Below are positions 19,083-29,080 of a stretch of DNA of 40,562 nt, piece by piece. The notes beneath the pieces were generated by a model. The model made no database searches. It had not been told where the DNA came from and was given only the letters and a program-made list of their open reading frames with translations. The stretch lies in sequence record OQ870568.1; one strand, 5' to 3'. This DNA is from Escherichia phage Zappy. Numbering within the stretch: position 1 is the first letter of the stretch; every line of letters starts with the position of its first letter. Position numbers and translations under genes: made by a program.

Positions 19083-19494
19083 ATGGCATCAAGGGAACTT
19101 TAGGCTCCTCAATACGTTCCAGAGTCACCTCAGGCTTCAGCCATTTGTTGGCGAACTCATGTGCCATGTCGTTGTCCTCTGAGTTGAGGTGGGACATCAG
19201 GTTCCAGAAGTTTGAAGACATCTCAGTCTCCTTCTCAACCCGGCGATATACTCCCCAGTCATTTACCTCTGAACCGTAGCTGTCATTCCACATACCACTT
19301 GCTACGATGGTCAGCCCGATGAACGGACGCCACTCATAGGCCTCAGCGGGAGACTCGGTGTATGACTCAACGTCCTTCTCGGTCAGGGTGTATGACCAAG
19401 ATGCGTAGAACTCAGCGTACTTGCGGTGCTCCTTCTCGCACTCACACTCACCTATGTCAAGGACCAGCTCTTTCAGACTTTCAGGTATCTTCAT
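19039..19494 (-). CDS. Hypothetical protein, 151 aa, at the gene 5.9 position
   Basis: ORF track, trimmed to the ATG at 19494 that overlaps the gp5.7 stop as ATGA. No recognisable similarity. Confidence 0.55.
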   Translation of the reverse strand: MKIPESLKELVLDIGECECEKEHRKYAEFYASWSYTLTEKDVESYTESPAEAYEWRPFIGLTIVASGMWNDSYGSEVNDWGVYRRVEKETEMSSNFWNLMSHLNSEDNDMAHEFANKWLKPEVTLERIEEPKVPLMPYAVAMATGGLDDGC

Positions 19495-19700
19495 ATACAG
19501 CCTCCATGTTGGTTCAGGAACTTGGTGCCAGCAGCGGTAATCTCCCACGCACCGTTGTTACGCCCATCCATAGACAGGCAGCTCAGATGTCCACGACTCG
19601 CAGCCTCAGCCACAAGTGCAGCGTTGTTGCGCACATAGTTGGACTGGAAGGTCTTCGGGCAGGACTTAAGGGCCGCTAGGACCCGTAAGTATTCACTCAT
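19491..19700 (-). CDS. 5.7: gp5.7-like protein, 69 aa
   Basis: ORF track; MSEYLRVLAALKSCPKTFQSNYVRNNAALVAEAASRGH closely resembles T7 gp5.7. Confidence 0.8.
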   Translation of the reverse strand: MSEYLRVLAALKSCPKTFQSNYVRNNAALVAEAASRGHLSCLSMDGRNNGAWEITAAGTKFLNQHGGCI

Positions 19701-19987
19701 TGCTTGAACTCCACTCGGAAGTCTCCGAAGCTGGGCTTGTCAGCATAATGACTCAGGTCTTCTTTCAGACCATCAACAATACCCTTCTTAAAGACAAGCT
19801 CTACCACAGCTTCCAGACCATCTGTAACGCCGACCTCGACCATCTTACGCTCGAAGCCAGTGATCTTCTCACCATTGAGAACCTTACGGCTCAACTCACA
19901 GAGAGACTTCTTGAAGTGCTCAACTTCTTCAGTAGACAGTACAGCGCCAAGCGAGAATGAAACTCGCATACGTTTAGTAATAGCCAT
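19697..19987 (-). CDS. gp5.5-like protein, 96 aa
   Basis: ORF track; immediately upstream of gp5.7 with overlapping stop/start, size close to T7 gp5.5 (99 aa). Confidence 0.55.
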   Translation of the reverse strand: MAITKRMRVSFSLGAVLSTEEVEHFKKSLCELSRKVLNGEKITGFERKMVEVGVTDGLEAVVELVFKKGIVDGLKEDLSHYADKPSFGDFRVEFKQ

Positions 19988-20145
19988 TAGTCTTCTCCTT
20001 CTTCGTTATGTTCTTTCAGAATTTCACGAATGTCTCGACTGCACTGCCCACTGATGTTTGGACTATAACGAGACTCCTCGTGTCCACACCACCAAGCTGA
20101 CCGCATCAGGTCTTTGACCTCCTGCTCGCTATAAGTTTTAGCCAT
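19987..20145 (-). CDS. Hypothetical protein, 52 aa (MAKTYSEQEVKDLMRSAWWCGHEE...)
   Basis: Internal ATG of ORF 19987..20202 with AGGAG 8 nt upstream. Confidence 0.4.
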   Translation of the reverse strand: MAKTYSEQEVKDLMRSAWWCGHEESRYSPNISGQCSRDIREILKEHNEEGED

Positions 20146-20150
20146 TAGTG

Positions 20151-20456
20151 TTACTCCTGTTTGAATTGTCCGAACTTCTTGTCGGACGTTAAGTTTATAC
20201 ACATAGAGGTCTTAACTCTAACCTCTTCAGTGAATGGGATTAACCATAAGTTATCTTGGTACACAACCGCCAGAAGGTCGATGTCTCCCGGACTGTACGT
20301 GGGCTTCCCGCATCCTCCAAGCCTGACCTGTATACTGTTACAGTTCTTCAGCTTTGTTCCAGTCTTTACCTGAACTCTCGTTAAGGTCCCACCAATGTCC
20401 ACCACTAAGTCTGCTTTGGACTGGGTAAACGCTGGTAGGAAGACTTGGTGTCCCAT
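20151..20456 (-). CDS. Hypothetical protein, ~101 aa, start uncertain
   Basis: Downstream part of ORF 20151..20759 that does not overlap the DNA polymerase gene; first ATG after the polymerase stop; weak RBS. Confidence 0.3.
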   Translation of the reverse strand: MGHQVFLPAFTQSKADLVVDIGGTLTRVQVKTGTKLKNCNSIQVRLGGCGKPTYSPGDIDLLAVVYQDNLWLIPFTEEVRVKTSMCINLTSDKKFGQFKQE

Positions 20457-20520
20457 TGCTGTTAGTCTGTAGCTCGCATATAGCTCACTGGCTGCACCTG
20501 TAAAGTGCTGAGTCGTACCA

Positions 20521-22692
20521 TCAATGGCATTCTTTCCATGTTGGTCCAATCTTGCCCTCAGTATCAAGTACACACTTGAAGTTATAGAACTCACCCACCT
20601 TACGCATAGCAAGTTGAGCAATCTTGACGACTTCTTCGGCAATCTCCTGAGTACGGCAAGCAATCTGCAATTCGTCGTGAACCCAGGCCATGTACGCGAA
20701 GTCTCCCTCCCAGCCGTGAACATACCCTGACTCTTCAAGCATACGTTCAGTCTCGACAATCCAGTGCTTACAGACTACCGCACCATCGCCTTGAAGTAAG
20801 GCGTTCAGTGCTGAGTGCGGCGACCGGATGTGGATACGGCGACCGTCAAGTCCACGCAGCCAACGGCGTTTCCACTTAACGATGTTCTCTCCGTCCACCC
20901 ACTTAGAGTCTGAGATTAACGTACTACTCACAGCTTCCCTGAGGTCTTTGATGGCTGGTGTACCCTCAATGAATTTCTGCATGAGTGCTGAACCTTCCTT
21001 CTTCCCACCGCCTACTATCAGTCCAATCTTCGCGGCCCCTGCACCATATAGGAACGCATAGATGAACGTCTTAGCGTTGTTACGGAAAGCATCATGGTCG
21101 TGGCTGGACTTATCGCGTGGGACGTTAGGTGCTAACCCAGCGTTTACTGCGTTGGCCCAGTGGATGTCACCTTCGACCACAGTCTTCGCATAGGCACCAC
21201 CATCAAACGGAGCCGCTCGGTTCCCCAGACAACGAAGCTCAAGACCTGAAGCATCCACACCCACTTGAATCCAAGGGTCTGGCTTACCATCCGTCTTGTT
21301 CCAAGCTGCACCGAAAGCACCACGGCAAATCTCACCATACGGAGCACCGTTAGCAGGGACCTGAGCCATGTTTGGTGAACTATGAGTCGCACGTCCGGTT
21401 ACTGCCCCGCATGGGTTGATTGAACCGTGCATCCGTCCGTCTGGACCTACAAGTTTCAACCATGCGTTCTTACCTTCAGCCGCCTGACCGATGCGCTTCT
21501 GGACTACCAGATACTCACGAACTAGCTCTACGCAATCCTGAGCCTCTGCGTCTGGCAACTTAACGTGTTCTAACGTCTCGTCATCGACTACAGGTTTCCC
21601 GGTGTCAGTGAAGTCCACAGGCTCCCAGCCACGCTCCATCAGAACTTTCGCTAAGTGGTCTCCGCTTCCCGGATTAAACTCAACGTAAGTGATTGGCGTG
21701 AAGGGTGCTCCCTCCATCGTGTCTCGCGTATCGCGTTCACAGGGTTCAAGACCTAAGCGTTGAGCTTTGTTCTTCGGCTTCTTAAAGATGCCACCGACCT
21801 TAGGATACACGACTCTCGGATACTTCGGAAGGTCCTTGCCTGTCCGTGGGTGCTTGAAGAACTCCTTGCCTCCCTTTGGTGCGTACCAGCTGCCGAAAGT
21901 CGAACGCAGCTTGTCCAGCAGCTCTGCACGCTTGACGGTGAGTTCACGATATAAGCCTTCGACCATCTCGGTGTTCATCGGATAGCCGTTACGTTCCATC
22001 TTCGCACAGGTCCACGCAGCATCATGTTCCAGACGCAACGCATAAATCTGGTCGAAAGCGAACTGTTCAGACTGGAAGTAATACTTGTCAGTCAGGAACT
22101 TCTTGAACAACGCCAGTGTGACCACAACGTCTTGAACGTTATAGTCCAGCATCTCCTGAGACGGGAACAACCATTCGTCCCCAGCCTTATATTCGATACC
22201 TTCAGCCTTGCATTTGGCAACGTAATCGTGTTTGTACTCACCTTTCATCTCCCCGAGACGATAGCCCCAAGCCTCAAGAGACTGTCGTCCCATCATCTGA
22301 GGTGGCAGACGTCCAGATTTCACCGCTCCCATGTCTGAGAACTTAATGTTGGGATACATCAATCGCCCAAGCACCAAGGTATCAACAATTCGACCCTTAT
22401 TCACATTTAGGTTCTTACCGAAGTATTTCTTCTTCAGTATTTTCAAGGCTGGTATATCATAGTTCACACCATTATGCATAACCAGCATACCGTCAGTGGA
22501 TGTCATAATAGATTCTATGCGGTCTATATATTCTTTGAATCCACCTGTCAGCCCAGTCATAGGGGCAACACCATATTTCTCAGTAGCTTGAGTTCCAGCG
22601 TTAATGATAACACCACAGTGGAACTGTGACACAGTGTCTAGTAGACCGTCAGTCTCTATATCTGTGCCATAGAATGAGTTGAGATTAAACAT
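20521..22692 (-). CDS. 5: DNA polymerase gp5 (family A, with 3'-5' exonuclease), 723 aa
   Basis: ORF track; many T7 gp5-like stretches (NVQDVVVT, GSWYAPKGG, KYPRVVYPKVGGIFKKPKNKAQR, DASGLELRCL, FAYMAWVHDE). Confidence 0.95.
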   Translation of the reverse strand: MFNLNSFYGTDIETDGLLDTVSQFHCGVIINAGTQATEKYGVAPMTGLTGGFKEYIDRIESIMTSTDGMLVMHNGVNYDIPALKILKKKYFGKNLNVNKGRIVDTLVLGRLMYPNIKFSDMGAVKSGRLPPQMMGRQSLEAWGYRLGEMKGEYKHDYVAKCKAEGIEYKAGDEWLFPSQEMLDYNVQDVVVTLALFKKFLTDKYYFQSEQFAFDQIYALRLEHDAAWTCAKMERNGYPMNTEMVEGLYRELTVKRAELLDKLRSTFGSWYAPKGGKEFFKHPRTGKDLPKYPRVVYPKVGGIFKKPKNKAQRLGLEPCERDTRDTMEGAPFTPITYVEFNPGSGDHLAKVLMERGWEPVDFTDTGKPVVDDETLEHVKLPDAEAQDCVELVREYLVVQKRIGQAAEGKNAWLKLVGPDGRMHGSINPCGAVTGRATHSSPNMAQVPANGAPYGEICRGAFGAAWNKTDGKPDPWIQVGVDASGLELRCLGNRAAPFDGGAYAKTVVEGDIHWANAVNAGLAPNVPRDKSSHDHDAFRNNAKTFIYAFLYGAGAAKIGLIVGGGKKEGSALMQKFIEGTPAIKDLREAVSSTLISDSKWVDGENIVKWKRRWLRGLDGRRIHIRSPHSALNALLQGDGAVVCKHWIVETERMLEESGYVHGWEGDFAYMAWVHDELQIACRTQEIAEEVVKIAQLAMRKVGEFYNFKCVLDTEGKIGPTWKECH

Positions 22693-23116
22693 TATATTTC
22701 TCCAAGTACGTTATAGCAGCCCTAAGCACAGCTACCTTGTCACCGAACTTACCAAGTGCGCTATTACATGTACCACATAGCAATCCCCTAACACTACCTG
22801 AGTCATGGCAATGGTCAACGTGGGCTACATTATTCTTACTCTCAATAGACCCATGCTTGAAGATAATGTCTGAGCATATAGCGCATCTGCCCTTTTGACT
22901 ATCGAACATAGTGTCATATTCCTCAAGTGTGAGACCATAGGCTTTCTTAAGCCAAGACTTACGGGCAGATAGACGATGCGCCTCACCAGCCTCTGTACCT
23001 TTGTTTCGGTGATATCGCGACCTATTATCCTCACGAGCACAGGATATGCACCACCCATTTGTCTTCCTGAACTCAGTGGACTCCTTTGTGGAGCCGCATC
23101 TACTGCAAGTCCTCAT
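22685..23116 (-). CDS. Endonuclease VII-family protein (homing-endonuclease-like), 143 aa
   Basis: ORF track; motif HVDHCHDSGSVRGLLCGTCNSALGKF typical of the T4 endonuclease VII family; N-terminal Cys-rich region; RBS AAGGAG. Confidence 0.8.
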   Translation of the reverse strand: MRTCSRCGSTKESTEFRKTNGWCISCAREDNRSRYHRNKGTEAGEAHRLSARKSWLKKAYGLTLEEYDTMFDSQKGRCAICSDIIFKHGSIESKNNVAHVDHCHDSGSVRGLLCGTCNSALGKFGDKVAVLRAAITYLEKYNV

Positions 23117-23149
23117 ATTGCTTCTCCTTTAGTTATAAGTCTAGTCATA

Positions 23150-23174
23150 AAGGCCACTCGATGTGAATGACCTT
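23150..23174 (-). promoter_or_regulatory. RNase III-type processing hairpin (family member 3)
   Basis: Minus-strand AAGGTCATTCACATCGAGTGGCCTT shares conserved flanks and a covarying stem with the hairpins at 30553 and 39449. Confidence 0.45.
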
Positions 23175-23360
23175 GAGTATAGACCTAGAAGTCTGTACGC
23201 AAGAAGTGGTACATAAACTTCCGGTTAGCTTTCTTCCATGCCTTAGAGTCGAACCTTTGGTCTCCCAGAATGTTTGACAGGCAGGTTGCTTCGTCGCTCC
23301 ACCATTTGTACATGAACCGATGGTAGCGAGCTTTAAGTTTTCTTAGCAATGTACTCCTCC

Positions 23361-25064
<1,704 letters not shown>

Positions 25065-25071
25065 TCACTCC

Positions 25072-25251
25072 TTAAATACACTCATACCCTGCTGCAACGT
25101 TTGAGACATCACCAAACTTATCGGCCCACTTTGAGCCAGACTGGTCACATATTGTGAATGCGTCCTGTAATGTTGGCGCTGTTATAGGTACTTGGCTGAT
25201 AGTTTGCCCACTACCACTGATCAGCGTTAGAACTAGAATAACTGTAACCAT
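25072..25251 (-). CDS. Hypothetical small protein, 59 aa, hydrophobic N-terminus (possible signal peptide or membrane anchor)
   Basis: Hand translation MVTVILVLTLISGSGQTISQVP...; initiation region TTAAGGAGTGACCAATG is an exact 17-bp copy of the one used by gp4. Confidence 0.45.
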   Translation of the reverse strand: MVTVILVLTLISGSGQTISQVPITAPTLQDAFTICDQSGSKWADKFGDVSNVAAGYECI

Positions 25252-25301
25252 TGGTCACTCCTTAATCAATAATGCGAACAAAGGGACAGGACTAATGGTC
25301 C

Positions 25302-25324
25302 CATCCCTAAGGTGATAGTTTAGG
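25302..25324 (-). promoter_or_regulatory. Variant phage promoter, CCTAAACTATCACCTTAGGGATG (two mismatches at -4/-3)
   Basis: Motif match except -4 and -3; upstream of the small ORF and gp4. Confidence 0.45.
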
Positions 25325-25535
25325 CTTTGAAGAACTTAGCCAATTGGTCAGCTTTGGTATCAGCCTGACGAGCCTTCATGCCAGCTTCCAGTGACGCGAT
25401 GGTCAGCTTGTCAGCCAGAGCAGCAGCATCAGCCGCGCCGGTCGCAGTCTTCTTTTCTACCTTTCGTTCCAGTACCGCAGCACGACGATAACCACGCACC
25501 ACCAGACGACCAAGAAATTCGATAAGTTTAATCAT
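25320..25535 (-). CDS. Hypothetical protein, 71 aa
   Basis: ORF track; ATG with AGGAG upstream; between the lysozyme and primase genes. Confidence 0.5.
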   Translation of the reverse strand: MIKLIEFLGRLVVRGYRRAAVLERKVEKKTATGAADAAALADKLTIASLEAGMKARQADTKADQLAKFFKA

Positions 25536-25672
25536 TGGGTTGTTCTCCTAGCCATTCGATGGCTTCATTAGATGTTTTGAAAGACTTCGACGTCCTCTCG
25601 CCAAAGCGCTGCTTGTGTGCTACATAAGGCTTACCATTTCTGGATAGACCTGATGGACTAGATGGGTCGATG

Positions 25673-26140
25673 CTAAACTGATTCGCGGTCAGATGTAACC
25701 AGTTCATTCTTGGTCCACCATCGCTTCACGTCGAAACTCGGACAGGCTTTGGCTGCTACTGAATGATGGGCCATTAGCTCTGCATTAGGGTACTTACTCA
25801 TAAGCTCCTCCAGCTTGTTGCGCAGGGAGTTCATCTGGGCTGGAGTGAAGTTAGCTTCAAACTGACCCTTAGCGTCAATTCCGCCTACAAGGCAGACGCC
25901 TACTGACCGGGAGTTCCAATCCTTAACGTGTGACCCTACGACATTTACCGGGCGACCCTCTTCCACAGTACCATCACGCTTGATGATAAAGTGGTAGCCT
26001 ACATCCAGCCAGCCTTGCTGCTTGTGCCACATACGGATGGTCTCTACCCCGATGTCCATCTCTGGCTTGGTAGCCGAACAGTGAACGAAGATAGCGTCAG
26101 TCCGGGACCGTGGGTTGAATTGCACCTTACTCACCATCAT
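25673..26140 (-). CDS. 3.5: Lysozyme (N-acetylmuramoyl-L-alanine amidase, RNAP inhibitor) gp3.5, 155 aa
   Basis: ORF track; DAIFVHCSATKP, WLDVGYHFIIKRDGTVE, KACPSFDVKRWWTKNELVTSDR resemble T7 lysozyme. Confidence 0.9.
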   Translation of the reverse strand: MMVSKVQFNPRSRTDAIFVHCSATKPEMDIGVETIRMWHKQQGWLDVGYHFIIKRDGTVEEGRPVNVVGSHVKDWNSRSVGVCLVGGIDAKGQFEANFTPAQMNSLRNKLEELMSKYPNAELMAHHSVAAKACPSFDVKRWWTKNELVTSDRESV

Positions 26141-26354
26141 ATACCACCAGCTCTACAGCTACGAGGTTCAGATGACGTTGGAAGCGGTTAGCATCCGTGG
26201 TGTGCATCTGGAGTAACTTATGGTTGAAGACGTGAGAGTTACTAATCTTCACGTACACTTCACCCGGCTTACCGTGGATGATAAACGCATAGCCTACCGG
26301 GATTTTATCAATGGTCAGACGCTTACGAACGACCTTAACTTCCTGAGTCATCAC
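26127..26354 (-). CDS. Hypothetical protein, 75 aa, inserted between endonuclease I and lysozyme
   Basis: ORF track; start overlaps the endonuclease I stop and its stop overlaps the lysozyme start. No T7 counterpart that I recognise. Confidence 0.5.
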   Translation of the reverse strand: MMTQEVKVVRKRLTIDKIPVGYAFIIHGKPGEVYVKISNSHVFNHKLLQMHTTDANRFQRHLNLVAVELVVYDGE

Positions 26355-26803
26355 TTAACTCCTTTCTTCTTGGGGATGAGTATACCTGAAGGCAGACGTA
26401 CAGTCGCCTCTTTCAGCCACTCAACCGGGATAAACTTGTCGGCATACTTATAGCCGTTCTTTTCGCACCAAGCGCCATACGTGGTCGGAGACCCTTTGTA
26501 TAACTTGGAGCGGGAACTTGAGAACACGAACCGAATGTCTAACTCAGGGTGCTGTTCTCGTACCAGAAGGTGCTTCTTACGGTCATCACTATCGAAGATA
26601 CCTTTGGTCTCCACGATGATACCGTTAGGAAGGATAAAGTCTGGTGTGTACTTGTGGTCGGAAGCCGGAATCACATAGTTGATATAATGGCTTTCGTACT
26701 CCGCTTTGACGCCGTTCTGCTCCAGCCACTGCTGGTTCTTGGCTTCAAGTCCAGAGCGGTAGGCACCCACAGAGTGCCCCCGTTTTGCAGACCATTGGGC
26801 CAT
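26351..26803 (-). CDS. 3: Endonuclease I (Holliday junction resolvase) gp3, 150 aa
   Basis: ORF track; YVIPASDHKYTPDFILPNGIIVETKG, DDRKKHLLVREQHPELDIRFVFSSS resemble T7 gp3. Confidence 0.9.
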   Translation of the reverse strand: MAQWSAKRGHSVGAYRSGLEAKNQQWLEQNGVKAEYESHYINYVIPASDHKYTPDFILPNGIIVETKGIFDSDDRKKHLLVREQHPELDIRFVFSSSRSKLYKGSPTTYGAWCEKNGYKYADKFIPVEWLKEATVRLPSGILIPKKKGVK

Positions 26804-27501
26804 TAGAAGTCGTAATCGCCACCAGAGTTGGAGTCGTCACCGCCTTCGGAACCATCGTCACCGAAGTCATCAGACCCGAAGTCACCATCGGTTGACGCTT
26901 TGTAGCCAGTACCGAGGTCTTCATCATCACCCCAGCCACCATCGCCACCAGCACCATCACCTTTCCACTCCTTCAGTTCTACCAGAAGGCAGGACTCAAG
27001 CTGGAGCTTAACGCTTGCACCAGTCGCAGCGTTCCACTTGAACGGCAGGACTTTAAACTTGACCTTCAGCTTTGAGCCAGCGCCAATATTCGGGACGTCA
27101 CGGATTAACTTAGCATCGGTGTCGTAGAACCGTAATACTATAGGCTCTGACTTACCATCCTTCAGGTAAGACGCGAAGCATTTAAACTTCAGGGTAACAG
27201 TACCGTCACCATTCTCAATCCACGGCATGTCGCCTTCTCGTGGTTCAATAGGCTTCTTGCCACGCTGAACCTGAGGCGGGTTCTTCTCGTGGTCTGTGAG
27301 TGCTTTCGCATACGCATCGTCGTGAATCTTCTGTAAGACATCAATCATCTTACGGACCTTCGGGTTGCTCAGGTCGAAAGTCAGGTTAACCTTATGCTCA
27401 CCACGCTCGTTAAACTTGGTGTCTGCTTTGTTCAGCCATGCGTAAGGCTCAACGATACCAGCTACCGGAGTGGTGAAAGTCTTCAGTTGCTCTTTAGCCA
27501 T
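26803..27501 (-). CDS. 2.5: Single-stranded DNA-binding protein gp2.5, 232 aa, acidic C-terminus ending DF
   Basis: ORF track; size, acidic C-terminal tail with terminal aromatic residue, position downstream of a phi2.5-like promoter. Confidence 0.85.
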   Translation of the reverse strand: MAKEQLKTFTTPVAGIVEPYAWLNKADTKFNERGEHKVNLTFDLSNPKVRKMIDVLQKIHDDAYAKALTDHEKNPPQVQRGKKPIEPREGDMPWIENGDGTVTLKFKCFASYLKDGKSEPIVLRFYDTDAKLIRDVPNIGAGSKLKVKFKVLPFKWNAATGASVKLQLESCLLVELKEWKGDGAGGDGGWGDDEDLGTGYKASTDGDFGSDDFGDDGSEGGDDSNSGGDYDF

Positions 27502-27541
27502 CGGTGTAAATCTCCTAATTTAAAAGTTACGAACTGGACGT

Positions 27542-27564
27542 ATGTCCTACAGTGATAGTTTAGG
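27542..27564 (-). promoter_or_regulatory. Phage RNAP promoter (phi2.5-like), CCTAAACTATCACTGTAGGACAT (one mismatch at -3)
   Basis: Motif match; overlaps the gp2 stop, upstream of the SSB gene. Confidence 0.6.
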
Positions 27565-27718
27565 TCTCAGGACGAATCCGTCCGACCATAAACCCAGCGT
27601 CCTCATACTCTTGTGACTTCAGGGTAGCCTCTTCAAGAGACTTTGCGTACACCGGAACCTCGAAAGACTGGGTACGTCCCTCAAGTTCCACGATGTATTT
27701 CTTCTCTACGTCAGTCAT
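27560..27718 (-). CDS. 2: Host RNA polymerase inhibitor gp2-like, 52 aa
   Basis: Hand translation [52 protein letters not shown]; SFEVP.YA..L.EA resembles T7 gp2; RBS AAGGAG 8 nt upstream. Below the ORF-track size cut-off. Confidence 0.7.
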   Translation of the reverse strand: MTDVEKKYIVELEGRTQSFEVPVYAKSLEEATLKSQEYEDAGFMVGRIRPET

Positions 27719-27796
27719 AGACCACGCTCCTTCCATAAGTTGTAGAGCTGAAGGTAATCGACGTTACCTGTCTCCTCAAATTTACGCTCGCACCAC

Positions 27797-28240
27797 TCAC
27801 TCGGCAGCATAGCACTTACCTTTATGCAGGTAGAACAGCTCCTGATAGAAGGCCGCTTTGTTTAGGTCCTTCTCCATAGTTGCTAGCTCTGACTTCTTAC
27901 CAGCCCGGAGTCGATACTTCAGGACGTTACCCATGCAGAACCCACGGAACTCACTGACAGTCATGGACCGAGCGATAATCTCAATGGACTCCACTCCGTC
28001 AAAGACCTGATAGTAAGATGGCTTACGGACGCTATCTTCCTGACCTATGGTTGTCGGCTCGGACTGCGCCTGCTTGGTAATACTTAAGGAACTAATGGAG
28101 TGAGTGAGTGGTTCAGATAAACGGGGCCACTTAACAACAGCTACATGCTCATTCTTAACCACTATCACCTTGCCACAGGAGCGTCCCATGTGGGCTCCAA
28201 CTGGTCCAACATAGTTAACTGTATCCCCCACCTTAACCAT
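27797..28240 (-). CDS. gp1.7-position protein, 147 aa (C-terminal region with F..GN..KY..R motif)
   Basis: ORF track; position between the gp1.6-like gene and gp2; RBS AAGGAGGTG. Domain assignment tentative. Confidence 0.45.
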   Translation of the reverse strand: MVKVGDTVNYVGPVGAHMGRSCGKVIVVKNEHVAVVKWPRLSEPLTHSISSLSITKQAQSEPTTIGQEDSVRKPSYYQVFDGVESIEIIARSMTVSEFRGFCMGNVLKYRLRAGKKSELATMEKDLNKAAFYQELFYLHKGKCYAAE

Positions 28241-28493
28241 TGATCACCTCCTTCACGAACTCAATAAACAGACGAACGCGAGGCCACTTGGTGTATACAA
28301 CAGATACGTCGGTCTCACGCTTCTGGCGAGCCTCTTCAGCTTTGCTGGGAGTTATCAGAGCATAGACTGTAGGTGACAGCTTAACGGCCTTCCCGAAGTA
28401 TCCCAGCTTCTCGTTGCGCTTAATGCAAGCGAACGGGTTGTGAGACAGGTGGAAGGTATCGGTATAACGGTTGAACATTAAGTTCTTAGACAT
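28233..28493 (-). CDS. gp1.6-like protein, 86 aa
   Basis: ORF track; first gene after the promoter at 28518-28540; size matches T7 gp1.6. Confidence 0.5.
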   Translation of the reverse strand: MSKNLMFNRYTDTFHLSHNPFACIKRNEKLGYFGKAVKLSPTVYALITPSKAEEARQKRETDVSVVYTKWPRVRLFIEFVKEVING

Positions 28494-28517
28494 AGAGTCT
28501 CCTTAGGTTGTTGATGG

Positions 28518-28540
28518 TTGTCCTATAGTGATAGCTTAGG
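28518..28540 (-). promoter_or_regulatory. Phage RNAP promoter (phi1.5/1.6-like), CCTAAGCTATCACTATAGGACAA
   Basis: Motif match with one change at -12. Confidence 0.65.
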
Positions 28541-28573
28541 GTCTAGCTGGTGGCCCAGACGATAGCTTGCTAG

Positions 28574-28614
28574 CACAAAGCAAAGAAACCCAGCAGTCCT
28601 AAGACCGCTGGGTT
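28574..28614 (-). terminator. Rho-independent terminator, TE-like (early terminator for host RNAP)
   Basis: Minus-strand AACCCAGCGGTCTTAGGACTGCTGGGTT (8-bp GC-rich stem plus inner pairs) followed by TCTTTGCTTTG; directly after the HNH gene that follows ligase. T7 TE lies after gene 1.3. Confidence 0.5.
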
Positions 28615-28618
28615 GACG

Positions 28619-29080
28619 TTATAATAAATCTCTTAAGGCTACTGCCTCGGCTATGGTATCGAACGTACCGTATGACTTACGCTTTATCCGCAGTTGCCAG
28701 CGACCAGTTGATTTCTGGTATTGAACGTATTTCTCTCCAGATTGGCAGTGACTACGGGTTGGAACGTTAGTTAGGTTCACCGCCTGAGTCACACACCTGA
28801 GGTTCTCAATCCTGTTATCCGAAGGGTCCCGGTTGATATGGTCAATCACCATCCCTTCTGGTATAGGACCGTTGGTTAGTTCCCAAACTACTCGGTGGGC
28901 CAACTGCTGGCCCTTTGTCGTACTTAGAATCCAGTACCCATCCTTTCGTCTATAGCCAAGATGTCTACCGTTTAGGTTGGAGACCCCAGAGTGAGCCGCC
29001 CTGTCTGCTTTAAATCTTGACCGTAGGGTCGTCCTCAGTTCCACGCCACTGGTCGAACGAGGGATGCCGTAGTAAGCCAC
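28619..29080 (-). CDS. HNH homing endonuclease (HNH-A), 153 aa, GTG start
   Basis: ORF track; [39 protein letters not shown] is a typical HNH motif; GTG with GGAGGAG 7 nt upstream; paralogous to the ORF at 38505..38945. Confidence 0.8.
   Translation of the reverse strand: MAYYGIPRSTSGVELRTTLRSRFKADRAAHSGVSNLNGRHLGYRRKDGYWILSTTKGQQLAHRVVWELTNGPIPEGMVIDHINRDPSDNRIENLRCVTQAVNLTNVPTRSHCQSGEKYVQYQKSTGRWQLRIKRKSYGTFDTIAEAVALRDLL

Noticed and set aside
20151-20759. 202-aa minus-strand ORF as a single gene
   Set aside because: Its first 80 codons lie inside the DNA polymerase 3' end in another frame; only the non-overlapping distal part is kept, as a low-confidence CDS.
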